Shown: positions 1 through 12,516 of the stretch, piece after piece | How positions within the stretch are numbered: the first letter of the stretch is position 1 | How the letters are laid out: every line of letters begins with the position of its first letter | Assembly: GCF_009834535.1 (NCBI RefSeq) | Contig: NC_045697.1 | Span: 20,028,001 to 20,092,000, forward strand | From: Camelus ferus | Lineage: Eukaryota | DNA: 64,000 nt | Direction: 5' to 3' | The notes under the pieces: generated by a model | Told to the model about the DNA's origin: nothing | Seen by the model: the letters and a program-made list of their open reading frames with translations, nothing else | The model's database searches: none | Program-made: the position numbers and the translations under genes

Positions 1-179
1 TGTAGCTTTAGATTTTGTGTGTCCACAGATGGTGGTGAGTTCAGAATCTTCCTGTTTCATCATCTTGAGCCAGAACCCACCTCTCCCCTTTAAATAGTTG
101 TAGACTTGTAGTACACATTATTGCTCATTATTTGAATTTCCTTTAGCCACTTTGAATTTGGATGTTTATGTTATAAAAA

Positions 180-352
180 GTCTGAGCCAAATTACTTTGT
201 CTCAGTTACATCATCTGTAAGGTAGAGAAAGCAATCCATAAAATAGGTAGGTGATCCCTACCATATAGAGTTGAGAGGATTAAGCAGGTCAGTACACACA
301 GAGAATTGAGAACAGTTTATATCATGTAGTGAATTTTAGTAAATATTAGCTA
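180..352 (+). mobile_element. MIR SINE fragment (core to 3' end)
   Basis: ctcagttacatcatctgtaagg...gaggattaagc...agtaaatattagcta resembles the MIR core and tail. Confidence 0.7.
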
Positions 353-759
353 GGACCGCAAAAACAATGATGATGGAGAAGATGAGGGTGATTCAATGAC
401 AGATATTTTATATAACCTTTAATGTTCAGGTCTCTGGTGGTTTCTAATAATTCAAAACCCTATCAGACTTTTTCCACATTAAAATATAATTTTCAACTCC
501 TCAATAACCGAGAAGAAAATACAGTCTTCAAGGCACCTCAAGTAGATATAACACTGCATTGGGTCTTGTGCAGATAGGCAGAGGGGGCAAAGATCACATA
601 GCTTACCTGGCCATCTGGATGGTCAACCTAATAATAAGCCTAGGGACATTTTTCTAAAGAGAAAATTAGGGGAGAGTATTTCCCTGTTGAGTAATTAAAA
701 TAAACACAGGCACCATTTCAAAGAAGACTTTATTAACTAGTTTAATAATTATTTATTGG

Positions 760-2270
760 GAACAAAGTTCTTACATTCATGGGAGGTACATTCTAGTGGG
801 AGGAAAATGACAAACTACTGAAATTTTGCATACATGGTATTTCTCAAGGAGATAAGTGGGACTGAGAAAAATGGGGATTGTCATCTTTTATTGGGTCTTG
901 AAGAAGGAATCACTGAGATGTTAGGCAGTTAGATAGGAATGGGCACTAGGCAAAGGGGAGAGGAAAGGGGAGTGTACAATCCAGAATTTAATGGTTCACC
1001 TGCGCTCAGGATAGGAGACGTCAAAGAGTTTTACTTTCTCTAAGTAAATGCCAACAAAGAAGCCAGTTAGAACTGGATGCCACGACTGCATGGTAGAGAG
1101 AAGGACCTGACCTGACAGGACACAGTGCTCATTATAATCAATTAGCATTACAGTTTAGGCACCCCCCTTCCGTGGGCTTTTCTGTGTGCATAGTGGGTAA
1201 GAACATGGGCAAAGGAGATGGGCATACCTAAGCACTCAAGGGGCATGAGCCATCATGAGAAGCCCCTAAGCCAGGATATGAGACAGGAGAAACAAAGGAG
1301 GGGCGGGGCCATTGTCCTCTCTTGGGTCAGCCAGCCTTCAGTTCTGGAAGGTGTACTTTGCTTTGCTAACTTTTGCTTTACTAATAAGACTCTTTATTTA
1401 CACAATGCTTTAGACTACTTTCTGAATTCTTTTCTTTCGGGGAAGACAAGGACCGAGGATTTTCCCCTCCTTGAGGTAACAAAGAGACCAGACAACCAGA
1501 TAATTGGGGGAAAGGGGACACGAGTCACATAGCATTGTCAAGAAGAGAATTGCAGGAGAGACAGCAGCAGTGCAAATGATCTGGGGCACTTAAGATGTGC
1601 TGACACTTTAGGATATTTCAGAAATAATAATAAACCAGTGTGGGTAAAGCTGAATGTATAAATCTTAAAGCAATGGGAGATACTGTCAGTGTATGTAGGA
1701 CCTTTCGTGAATTAAATGAAAACCTGCTGACAGATTTTGAGGAAAAGAAAGAAATCTTCTGACTTACATTTTTGAGGGAGAATTCTGGTGCTGTGTTAAG
1801 AATGACTATTGGGAAGGTAAGTAAGGACACTGGGAGGAAACCTTTAGAAATCTGTTATGCAAACTTAAGCAAAAGCTGCTAGTTGCTTGGCCATGGTAGG
1901 AGTGGAAATATTGGGAAGGGACTGGATTCTGAATGTATTTTCATACAAGGATTTGTTTATGAATTGATTTCATAGAAGGGAGAAATAAGTGGCAAGTGCT
2001 TTGGATGGAGACATTTAGACAGTTCAACTGCTTTTGGGGAAATTGAGGGAAGAGCAATTTGGCAATAACGGAGGTGGGACTGATGAATCAGTAAAAGATA
2101 CTAAGAAGGAACAGCAACCAAGGGCGACTGATGTTCCAGATGCCAAAAGAGAAAAATACTTAGCATGATACCAATTACGCCAAATAATGCTGTTAAATCA
2201 AGAAAGGTGAAGGATAAGGCACGACCCTTCCATTAAGCAACATAAAATCTCCAGTAACCTTGGAGTAGGG
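760..2270 (-). mobile_element. L2 LINE remnant, interrupted by a solo LTR at 919-1481
   Basis: acattctagtgggagg, gaaggaatcactgaga and cagcagtgcaaa match the reverse complement of the L2 3' region; L2-like sequence resumes after the LTR. Confidence 0.65.
919..1481 (+). mobile_element. ERV1-class solo LTR
   Basis: Begins TGTTAGG and ends GGTAACA; GC box ggggcggggcc near 1300; U5-like aattcttttctttcggggaagacaagg; flanks gaga/aaga are a 4-bp TSD with 1 mismatch. Confidence 0.75.
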
Positions 2271-2859
2271 AGGATGAAACTCTTCCCAGAGGGGTGGGGT
2301 CAGTCTGAGAATCCCCTGTCATTTCTTGAATACCTTTTTACAGACACTCCAGTGTTACAGCTTTGTCACATCAAGGTCACTAAGCTCAGAGAGACATCTT
2401 TGCTGTTACTGGCTCCAGCTGATCCTTTTTCTTGGTCTGTGTGGAGTCTATCAGACCATCTGAGCTCTCCCAGAAACTGAGTGGTGAGCGTGATTCCTTC
2501 TAATTCTTCTTTTTCTGGTGAACTAGGCCCAGCACTTTGACACTATAGGCATCTAGTGGCTCTAACTGTGTATGGCCTCTGTGTGGGGACTCATTACAAC
2601 AGCCAGCACTCAGTAGTCTGTCCATTGTTTAAACCATGCACATACTGCTAGACGCTAGAAATGTGGCAACAAATTTTACATCCACTAACCTAGTACTCAT
2701 TGTACATGAGGCATCATAATCATCTCCTTAAGAAACCTTTTGTTATAATCCAACAAAATTGGCTTTCATCAGAGTATGTCTGAGAGCCATTTCTAAGCGT
2801 GAGTTACATAGTTTAACAACTGGCTTCTCAATATCTCCATTGGGACGTTATGGAGACTG

Positions 2860-3612
2860 CAGACTTAACAACCAAAATGTACCTCCTGGTTTTCTCTGCT
2901 CAGCCTCCTTCTTCCATAATTTCCCCATTTCCATTCGATGACAGTTCCATCCTTCCAGGATTAAGGGCAAAATGCTTGAAGCCACCTCTGAATGCTTGCT
3001 TTCTCCAGTGCCTCAAATTCTGTTCATCAGTATATCCTATTTCCTTAACCTTTAAATTCTATCTCAATCCAGTGGCTTCCAACCAATTCAGTTACTGATA
3101 CCATGGCCTGAGTCATCATCAGTTATGTCTAGGTTTGACTGCAGTAGCTTCTATGCTTGTTTCCCACCTGCATACTCTTACCCAGTTAGCAGCCAAAGGA
3201 ATCTTTTCAAATATAAATATGTTGATGCCACTCCTCCAGTCTGAGGCCTGCAATGGTTCCCAAGTTCTTTCAGTGTTCTACAAACACTTACCCTATTGGT
3301 CCTCCCTGTCCGCCTTGTCTCTATAAACTGATCTTCTGCTGCTTCACCCCTCACTCACTGTGTTCTAGCCAACTGCACTCCTTTTTCTATTTTTCCTGTT
3401 GTGCATTGTACTGACTGCAACATGCTGTATAGTTTACGTATTTATTTTATTTCCATTTCTAAGTGTTCTGTATCCCCCTTGCTAGAATGTAAGCTCCGTG
3501 AGAAAAAAATCTGTGTCAGCTTTGTTTAGTGAAGAGTCAAAAGTGCCTTGATCTATCTGGCCTCTAGAAAGGGCTTAGTAAATAGTTGTTGAATAAATTG
3601 AATGACTGAATT
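2860..3612 (+). mobile_element. L2 LINE 3' portion
   Basis: ctagaatgtaagctccgtgag and the tail aaatagttgttgaataaattgaatgactgaat are typical of the L2 3' end. Confidence 0.8.
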
Positions 3613-3649
3613 AACCATTCAATCCTTAAAACATTCTTATGATTTCAAT

Positions 3650-3650
<1 letters not shown>

Positions 3651-3715
<65 letters not shown>
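3651..3715. repeat. (TTA)n microsatellite, ~21 perfect units
   Basis: Directly visible. Confidence 0.98.
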
Positions 3716-3719
<4 letters not shown>

Positions 3720-3830
3720 TTTGTAGGTAAGAAAACTTAGGCACAAAGAGTGTAAAACTGTTTAATACTGCTAGCAAGTGACTGAGCTTGAATTTGAATG
3801 TAAAAAGCCTACTTCTGGAATCAGCAATTA
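3710..3830 (-). mobile_element. MIR fragment
   Basis: attaccattttgtaggtaagaaaacttaggcacaaagag...gagcttgaatttgaa is the reverse-complement MIR core. Confidence 0.7.
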
Positions 3831-5959
3831 AGTACTCAAGTTAGCACTCTTGAGAACCATACTGCAGTCCTCCCAAATCCTCCCATTGTATATGAATGTT
3901 ACAGGATAATATTTATTTTGAAATTAAAAAGAATAAGGTGGCATTATGTGAATAGATACAAAGAGACATCCCTGCCATATTACTAAGTTTAAAAAATCAG
4001 AGAACAAGTTCTATATCTGATATTTTTAAAAATTCATGAGCATATACACATGTATGCACATATATGTATAGACACATACATGTTTGTGGTCCAGTGTTGT
4101 TCATCCCTTTATGTATGAATATACACAAAGAGAAAATTACCCTAAAATTAGGACATAATATGGAGAAAGGGAATATTTAGAATAACCTTTTTTATTTTTG
4201 AATATTTTGCAACCAGCAGTTGTTATATTATAATTTAAATAATGGAAAAATAACCCGTAGAACAACAGGATCCCCATAAACACTAAACGTAAGTTCATAT
4301 AGAGGTCAGCACCCCCTTTCCCCAATGAAGTTTATAACCTTTTTGTTTCCCTCAAAACAGAGATACATCCTTTAGGATGGTAATTAGACTAGCTACTCTG
4401 GCCCTCTGTGGCAGTGAGGATGCTGCCGGAATCTTTACTGCTCCTTATGTACGTCAGTACATTTCAGTTTCAAAGTATTTTCTCCAATAATATTCCCCAA
4501 AGCCTATGGGAGGTGCTGACAGTGTTTCTTTCAAATGTGACTTAGGTCGAACAGTTCTATACTTAATCCCCTCACTTCTCCAAATATGGTCTTCTGAATA
4601 CATGGCATACTCCTGACAGTGGAAGCGGTGGTCTCCAATAGGGGAGGGTCAGGGAGCTGTTTGATTACTTTATGCGTCGTAAGTTTTTGATAAATCCTTC
4701 AGGGTACATGTTCCTTATTGAGAATAGCTGTTCTGATGTGTTAAATATGAAGAAAGTTAACATTTTCCTAACTTAATCATTTATTCATCCTCAAATACAG
4801 GGCTAACTGTGTTTTTATATAAATTATAAGATACTGTCTTTAAAAATTTTAGTTAAACTAGCTTCCTATATATGTAGTAATTAATCTACAGACCTGGATA
4901 CATTTGTGAATTTCAAACAATTTTTTTTTAATATTTAGAAGTGACAAATACGGAAAAATTTTTCATTTCTTTTCTGAAATGAATAAAAATTTTTTCTTGG
5001 TGCTGATTCTGTTAGTATTTGTTAACACATATGTACATACTTTTATCATATAGTTTAACAGTGTATTCAGTTTATCTGTATGTACAATCAATTTAATTAT
5101 ACTGCTTTCATCATTTTACATGTTTTCAAATATAATATTAAATGAGTGGTAAAGTGAAAGCAGTGGACTGCATGAGGAGGAGCAAGTGTATTATCCACAG
5201 TGTTTTCTAGTGTAGACAGGCATGTGGAAGAGTGAGCCCATGTTATGTGCATGCGACATAAAGAATAGGAGAGAGGAGGAGATAAATACAGTTCAATTAG
5301 ATCAAATGAAACATACAGATCACATAAAAGTTGCAATAGAATAGGGTTTCTGGACTGTCATTCTATATTACATTTTGGTTTAGCATCCCAAACACTTTAG
5401 ATTCCATTTATAAATTTATAATTACTCATCTTCATGCTCAAAACCAACTAATTTTTTGCTCTCTCATTTAATGCCATCAGCTCTTGCTTGAATTGGCCAT
5501 CTAAGAGCATTTCAGAGCCAAGGTTATTAAAATATTTCTAAACAAGAAGTAATTTCCCATGAAGTCTCCAAGGTGTTGGATTTTAAGCCAATACATTATA
5601 TTAGGGTATTTAGGACTCTCTGATTTTCATTTATGCATATCCCAGTCAGCATATGATCACAGCTGGAAAAAGGAGCTTGAGTAATGAAATAAATGAGATG
5701 CCAAAGCAATAGTTCTTCTTAGAATGGAGGCCATTAGTTTAATTGCCACAGATGGATGATAATCAGGTCTCAAGGCTCTGGTACTTAGAATTGGCTTTTA
5801 AACTCTAAATACAAATTTAACATTCCTTACATTCTATGAATGGTCACCAGAGTGGAACAAAAAAAATATTCTCATGCTGGAATTCTGTGTCTTAAAGTGA
5901 GCCCTCAAACATTTCACTTGTTAAGTTCAGTATGCAAGGTACAGTGGGTAGAGATGTTG

Positions 5960-6270
5960 ACCCAAGTTCCTCACCTCTAAAATGGATATTATCATAGTCT
6001 TCATCGTCATGATTATCCTCATCATCACCATCACTGTCATCATTATCATCCCTGTTGGTAGTGTTGGCTATATTGAGGTAGCTAATTTAAGCTATTTAGC
6101 ACACTCTCTGGTATACAGTAACCACAAACAAATATTCCTCATAGAGTCTTAAGTGAAAGTTGTATAATGTCGCTAAGTCTCAGATTCCCCATTCGTAAAA
6201 TGTGGATTACAATGCCTGTTTCTAGGATTTCAACAGTATTAAATTGAATAATGTGTGTATTATGTGGTAG
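5960..6270 (+). mobile_element. Two MIR fragments, the first with a degenerate (ATC)n expansion at ~5990-6050
   Basis: aagttcctcacctctaaaatggatatt and ctcagattccccattcgtaaaatgtggatt are MIR cores. Confidence 0.65.
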
Positions 6271-6699
6271 TTAAAAATTACTTGACCTATAGTGCAAGCT
6301 ATAAAATTGAGTCCAACTTGTTGAATTCAAAATTGAGTCAAAAATATTTTCACAAAGCAAGTGGTCAAAGCTGTGTAGAGTCAGCTTTCCAGGAAACATG
6401 CATTCTCTGAGATTAAAAGTCAGTGGGTATATATTCTTGTTTCTCCCATCTCTTACATTGCACTGAATCCTCCCCATGAGCCCATTATAGACAAATCCAT
6501 CTATTTTTATGAAAAACATTTTCTTAAAACCATAAATCTTACATTTAAAAAAGTCCAGTGAATGAAAGAAGAATTCAGTCATTTAAAATGATACATTTCT
6601 ATATATTTTCAATCTTTAATCCACAACTCCCATCCTTCTTAGTTCTTTCCCATGTTAGTACTGAACTTTGTTTTGAGAAGACCCGTGTTTCCTCTCAAG

Positions 6700-6900
6700 G
6701 GAGGTAGAGTAGAAAGAGCGAGGGCTTTGATGTTAGATTAGCCATGCTTATAATTCCAGCACTGCTATGTAAACTTGAGCAAGTTGTGTGACTCAGTTTT
6801 CTTTTCTATAAAATGTGGATAAATGTACCACTACTGTAAGGATCTGTAAGGATTACATATAATACATTCAAAATGCCTAATAGGTACTAATTAAATTGTT
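6700..6900 (+). mobile_element. MIR, near full length
   Basis: gtagaaagagcgagggctttg...aacttgagcaagttg...ctcagttttcttttctataaaatgtgg. Confidence 0.75.
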
Positions 6901-7299
6901 CTTCTCATAACTTTATTATAATTTCATGTTATGATGTACCCTGTTCTCCATTTGTTACTCAAGTTTTTTCCATGGATAAAATCCCTTAAGAGCAATTATT
7001 GAGACACTTCCTTCATAGACTGTTTTCAAGGTAAATCCCCCATGACATTTCATTCTTCACTCAGTTCCCTTTGTCGTGTTCTCCCTCCAGAAGGGGAGAC
7101 TATGGAAAACAAAAGAGAGCCAGTGACTTTACACAGGCTGGAACTATGGACTTCATATTAGAAACTTGAAGCAGAGTTTCTTAAAATTTCTATCTCCTGA
7201 ACTGAATATAGAAAATAATCTATTTTTTTCTAAAAACATAAGATCTAGACCTCAGTATCTAGAATATTCTGAATTCCAGTCACAATGTTGAGTCTTACG

Positions 7300-7640
7300 T
7301 CTCAGAAAAATCTAAACATCCCTTCTGTCCAGGACTTACTTTCTGCCAGTTGAACCCTTCCTTGGAATATTTCCTCTGTCCACAGCCTTCTCCGTTTAGA
7401 CAAGACCTCTTCTTCCTTCAGGTCTACGTTCAACTCAGAAAAATGCTTCCTTAATTTTCTTAATTTGGAAAACATACAAACTCTCCTCATGATGGACATA
7501 TCATGAGGGGGATAAATATGAACAAAATAATTACATCTGTCATCACTATCACGACACAGAGACCTAAGGTAAAATAAAGGTGAATTTTCCAGCACAGGGC
7601 CAGTCCCACCTACACAACCCAGCCATTTTATGAAGATTTG
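7300..7640 (+). mobile_element. L2 fragment
   Basis: ccttggaatatttcctc...tcttccttcaggtctacgttcaac resembles the L2 3' region. Confidence 0.5.
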
Positions 7641-8029
7641 ATGAGTCACCAAAGGCAGACCTGGAGAAAGTGTGAGCCAGGAATGCCAGGGATGGAGCTG
7701 TTTCTTGTGTGTCATGTGATTCCTTCATTTGTTCTTTCATTTATCTCTGTGATACAGTTACATTGAGATGATTTTTCTCTTCTCATAAAATAAAACCAAG
7801 TGATAAGAGAGAAGCTTAAGGCAATCAATGTTCAAGTGAAAATTATTTCAACTAAAATATAATTGAGTAAAAGTAAAATAGAGTTTACTGATACGGGTCA
7901 TAAAACTTTAGTTTAACCTGGAAAGGTCAATTTCTTAATCTCTTTGGAAATTCTATTATTATTTTTATTAAAAGAAGTAAAGAAAATGATACCTTCAAAG
8001 GCCAATTTAATTACTTTTCACTTTTGTTG

Positions 8030-8170
8030 TATTTCCACCTCAGCCATCTACTGTGCGATTTGGGGCAAGTGATTAATCTCTCTGTGACCAAGCCCTTGCC
8101 TCATAGAGTTTTTAGGAGGTTAATATGATTCAATACATGTAAAGTACTTAGACTATTATTATAATTGTTG
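8030..8170 (+). mobile_element. MIR fragment
   Basis: ctgtgcgatttggggcaagtgattaatctctctgtg...cctcatagagtt...aatacatgtaaagtacttaga. Confidence 0.7.
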
Positions 8171-8699
8171 TTAGTTTAAAAAAACCCTATAATTTGACAC
8201 TGTACCTCTTCAATTTCTTAGATATGACACTGGTACCATCAAGGAACCCATGTATCTTGTCATTTCACCTTGCTATTTAGTAAAAATACATATTAAATGA
8301 GTTGGCATTCACTTTTTAGTAATCAATTTGCTCATGGTGGTTTCAACGTTGCACATATCTAATTTGCTTGAAATACAGGGAAACTTAAAACTCAGCAAAA
8401 GTTTTGCCTGTTACGTATTGTAGATAAAATTATATGAAATAGTCTGGTTGGTTTTATTGGCTAGTACAACAAAAACTAAACTTGATTCCTTATAGTGGAA
8501 ATAAGTTAGTCAATGAGCTTTCAGTAACAGTTTGGTCTACCAAACAGCATCCTAGTACATGGACAGCATCTTCCCATGATACCTGAAAATCACTCTGGAT
8601 TGTGGAAGATTCTGAAACAACAGCTGTACCGATCAGCAGGACGCATCCCAAATGTCAATTCAGGAAGGTCTAGTAAAAGTGTAACGTAAAGGCTGCTTA

Positions 8700-9126
8700 C
8701 AGAGACAGAGGTAGGATGAAAAGATCCAACAAGGAAAGGGGAAACATCCTGGCGCCAGCAGATGCTGGATGCCTTTACTACTGTTCGCCCAGAGGAACAA
8801 TATGATAGAGGAAAATGAGTGGGACCCAGCACCTGGTGAGAGTGGCAGCTGTGGGAGTTTGATCCCCAAGGAAGAGGAAAGCAATCATTGTAAAATCTGC
8901 AGGCAATAAAGAGAGGAAGGATTCAATTCTCACTCTCTCTCTCTGTCTCTCTCTCTGTCTCTTCAGTGCACCAGTTCTCTGCTGCTGCCTCTATGGCCCA
9001 AACCAAAACTGAGGATGGAGAAGTTGGGATATTGAGATGATGTAGTCCCTGCAAGTCAGCCCCCTGCAGCCCAGAGCAAGGTGTGGAAGGAAGCCTGGAG
9101 GAAGCATCTGATGGGGAAATGGAGGT
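8700..9126 (-). mobile_element. Old ERVL-type LTR remnant (LTR33/LTR41-like)
   Basis: gatgtagtccctgcaagtcagccccctgcagcccagagcaaggtgtggaagg...atctgatggggaaatggagg resembles the terminus of these LTRs as I recall them; left boundary uncertain. Confidence 0.45.
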
Positions 9127-9283
9127 AAGTCAGCCCCATGCAGCCCAGAGCAAGGTGTGGAAGGAAGCCTGGAGGAAGCATCTGATGGGGAAATGGAGGT
9201 AAGTCAGCCCCATGCAGCCCAGAACAAGGTGTGGAAGGAAGCCTTGAGGAAGCATCTGATGGGGAAATGGAGGTAAGTCAGCC
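9053..9283. repeat. 74-bp tandem repeat, 3.1 copies
   Basis: Units start with aagtcagcc at 9053, 9127, 9201 and 9275; only 3 variable positions among the three full units. Confidence 0.97.
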
Positions 9284-10129
9284 TTTAAGATGCCTTTATC
9301 TTATATTAAGTGAATTCAGTTAATTTTCTGCTTATAGTAAAATTTGTGTAATCAATCAACATGGATAGAAAGAAAACGTATCTACATGTTTATGACACTT
9401 AATTTGTCCGGCACAACTTTGGTGACTAAAAAATAGCACAGGATTAATTTTATTCCCTGATAAGCAAAACCTCCTTGCAAATGGTATTTAATGTATTTCT
9501 AGTCATATTAAGATTTTAAACATACTTTCCGTAATACCCTGGCATACCACCATCTTAGAGTGTTTATGTTTCCCTTCTGCTGATGTGTGTTCACTTCCTT
9601 GGTCTTTTCTTTTTAACACAGTAGTATTTATTACAGAAGCTTAGGCTATAATTATGTATAATATTGCTCTTTATTGTTCAGGCCTGCAGACATTTTCAAT
9701 ATGGATTGAGGCTCAGGACTATCAATGTTTAGGTCCAGGACAGATAGAGCAGCAGGTAGCAAATGCCTACCTACATATTTTCATGGTTAACTCGCACAAT
9801 TCTAATGGTATTATAAGATGACCAAATTGCCGTAGTTTTTCTTTGGATTCCATGGCAAAGCCAATTTTGGATCATAAAAACAGAATGCAATTAAGGGAAT
9901 ACTGTTTTCCAAATAAATTAGTGATTTATTTATCATAGAATACGTTGTTGAATGTGTATGATTTTGAATATATTTTGAATATGAATGTCTTTTTGAATAT
10001 GTAGTTTTGAATATGTATACTTTTGGATGTGTATATCTAACCTGAATTTTATTTCCTGAGAAAAGAGATGATAACCTAAACTTATTTTATATGGTTGTGG
10101 TAAATGCCAAGGAGTAGCTGTTTAAGTCT

Positions 10130-10587
10130 GCAGTGCTTTTTGGTCTCTACCCTTTATAGCCCTAAAAATTATTGAACATCCCCAGAATGTCTGTGTTTAT
10201 GCAGGTTAAAGATATTAATATTTTTGAGTTAGAAATGAAAACCGAGAACAAAATGAAAATATTTATTTATTTTAAAATGATGATAAACCTATATATTAAT
10301 ACCTAGAACGTATTTTGTGGAAAATGTGTTTCACAAAACAAAATAAATTAATGAGAACAGTGACATCACTCTACAGTTTTGCAAACTTTTTGGGTATCTG
10401 GCTTGACAGAAGTCACCTGGACTCTCAGAGGTACTCCTCCATTCAGTCTGCAGTGTATGTGCTCTTTTGGTTGAAGTATGTGAAGAAAATCTGGTTTCAT
10501 GCAGATAATGCAATTGGAAAATGCAGAACCATGTGAACCCTGAGAGAGTCCAAAGGACCCCCAGGGACTCCTAGGACCACACTGAGC
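10130..10587. mobile_element. hAT-Charlie DNA transposon (MER119/Charlie-like)
   Basis: tttttggtctc...aaaaattattgaacatcccc at one end and ggacccccagggactcctaggaccacactgag at the other resemble Charlie termini. Confidence 0.7.
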
Positions 10588-10769
10588 TTTAGGCCACTTT
10601 TCTGAGTAGAAAACAGTCAAAAGAGAACAATAGACTGATTCCCTTGAACCTTATCCCCTGATTAACTAGTTCAGAAAGGAGAACAGCAATGTTCTTAGAA
10701 ATGTAAATGCATGTTATCACTTAGTAATCACATTACCCTATAAATAAGATGCATGTGATAATGGCCTAG

Positions 10770-10875
10770 ATTTTAACTGCTAAACCGGAGACACGCAGAG
10801 GAACATGTCTAAAACCACAATTGATGTGAGAGGACGCTGAGATTTGGACTATGTCCGTTTGATTTCAAAGACTAA
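10770..10875 (-). mobile_element. MIR fragment
   Basis: gctgagatttgga...tgatttcaaagactaagctctttccactgtacca. Confidence 0.55.
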
Positions 10876-11967
10876 GCTCTTTCCACTGTACCATCCTAAG
10901 GGAAATTCAGTTCATTAACAGCGTTGACTGGTGGGAATTGAGAAGGGAATAGTTTCAACTGTCATTTGATGTGGTTTAACTTTGGAATATTACTTTTCTT
11001 ATGTAATATTTAAGAGTTCCATTGCCTATATACTTTTTATCATGGTTGTTGTTTGTTGTTTTCAGTATTTGTCTGTTGTTTTCAGTATTATTTTCAAAAG
11101 GATACTTAGGCTACACTGTGGACAATAATATTTATCTTCGGTGAGCACAGAAATATTGTACCCTTAGTTTTTAGAGATTCTTCAATATACGTACTTTAGT
11201 TCATTGGTTGTATCGTATGCATAAGGAAGTTGGAAGTTAGCTTTTCTTCTTTTTATTGACAAGCAGTATCATCAGTATCTCTACTTGTATCTCTGATCTT
11301 CCACAGGACTGATTATTGTAAAATCCTGACTCTTCCTAACACTTGCCTTAGAAGACACTGATATAGGGGTGTATTTTGCTCAGTTCAAAAGACTGGGTAA
11401 CTCCCTTTTCCATGGTCCTGAAATTAGTGACCATGTATTTGAAGAAAGAGAATCCATGGTTATATCCTTTAGTCTGATTTCAGTGCCACTCTTCCTCAAA
11501 ATATCTTCCTTTGTGACTGGATCCATAGGCTTCCAGAGCCACCCATGGATATCAATCCCTGACAGTGGGAGTGTTTTCCCATTAAAATACATCCATCCAT
11601 GAGGTTGGGTTTGAAAGGGTTAATAATTATTGGTCATAATTTAATTTTATGAATTCAGAGATATCATCAAACATTTGACTCTGTTTATGTTACTTTCCCT
11701 ACATCCTTGGTGTGTGACTTTTATTCCTAAAATCACAAGATGGCTCCTTAGCCTTCACATTTCCCATTCTCATTCCAGGTGAAGAAAGCTTACATTGTAG
11801 TTCTGTGAGGCAGACTGTTAAACAAACAAGTAAAATAGTTAAAATGGGATTGAGATGCCAAAGAGGAAGGGTGCCATTTTAAAGACTATGGTGAGAGTGG
11901 ACCTCAATAATAATAAAACATTTGGATGGAGAGTTGGAAGTGTTGAAAGATGAAACCATTTGGATAT

Positions 11968-12125
11968 TTTTTTTACACCTTTATTGTTGTATGGTTCCTG
12001 TACAGTAAACTACACATATTTCAAATATACAATTTGATGAATTTTGATAGATGTATATACACCAGTGAAACCACCACCACAATCAAGATAGCTAGCTAAC
12101 ATTTCTATCACTCCCCAAGAGGTGC
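11968..12125 (-). mobile_element. Old L1 (L1MB/MC-like) 3' UTR end with poly(A) remnant
   Basis: T-run, then ctttattg...aaatatacaatttgatgaattttga...gtgaaaccaccaccacaatcaagatag. Confidence 0.75.
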
Positions 12126-12516
12126 AATTTTCGAATTCCCAATGTATCCTTTCTCACTCCCTCTACCCGCTGGTAACCATGTTTGTTCTGTGTGTCTGTG
12201 AATCTGTTTCTGTTCTGTAGATAAGTTCATTTGTGTCCTTTTTTAGATTCCACATGTAAGTGATACCATATGGCATTTTTCTTTCTCTTTCTGGCTTACT
12301 TCACTTAGAATGACAATCTCCAAGTCCATTAATGTTGCTGCAAATGGCATTTTTATGGCTGAGTAGTATTCCATTGTATAAATATACCACAACTTCTTTA
12401 TCCAGTCATTTGTCAGTGGACATTTGGGTTGTTTCCATGTCTTGGCTGTTGTAAATAGTGCAACCATGAATATTGGGATGCATGTGTATTTTTGAATTAA
12501 ATTTTTCTCTGGATGG
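12126..12516 (-). mobile_element. Younger L1 fragment: ORF2 C-terminus plus part of the 3' UTR
   Basis: ORF 12243-12593 contains IQKYTCIPIFMVALFTTAKTWKQPKCPLTNDWIKKLWYIYTMEYYSAIK, the L1 ORF2p C-terminal region. Confidence 0.92.

Noticed and set aside
1218..1532. 104-aa ORF
   Set aside because: It lies in LTR and L2 sequence and has no recognisable protein similarity.
9053..9283. CRISPR-like array
   Set aside because: The units are contiguous with no unique spacers, the context is eukaryotic, and there are no cas genes.
9945..10035. Repeated ttttgaatatg motif as a binding-site array
   Set aside because: Irregular spacing; looks like a decayed low-complexity minisatellite.
11369..11602. Overlapping sense and antisense ORFs (77 and 70 aa)
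   Set aside because: No recognisable domain and no convincing splice sites; consistent with chance or an ancient repeat.
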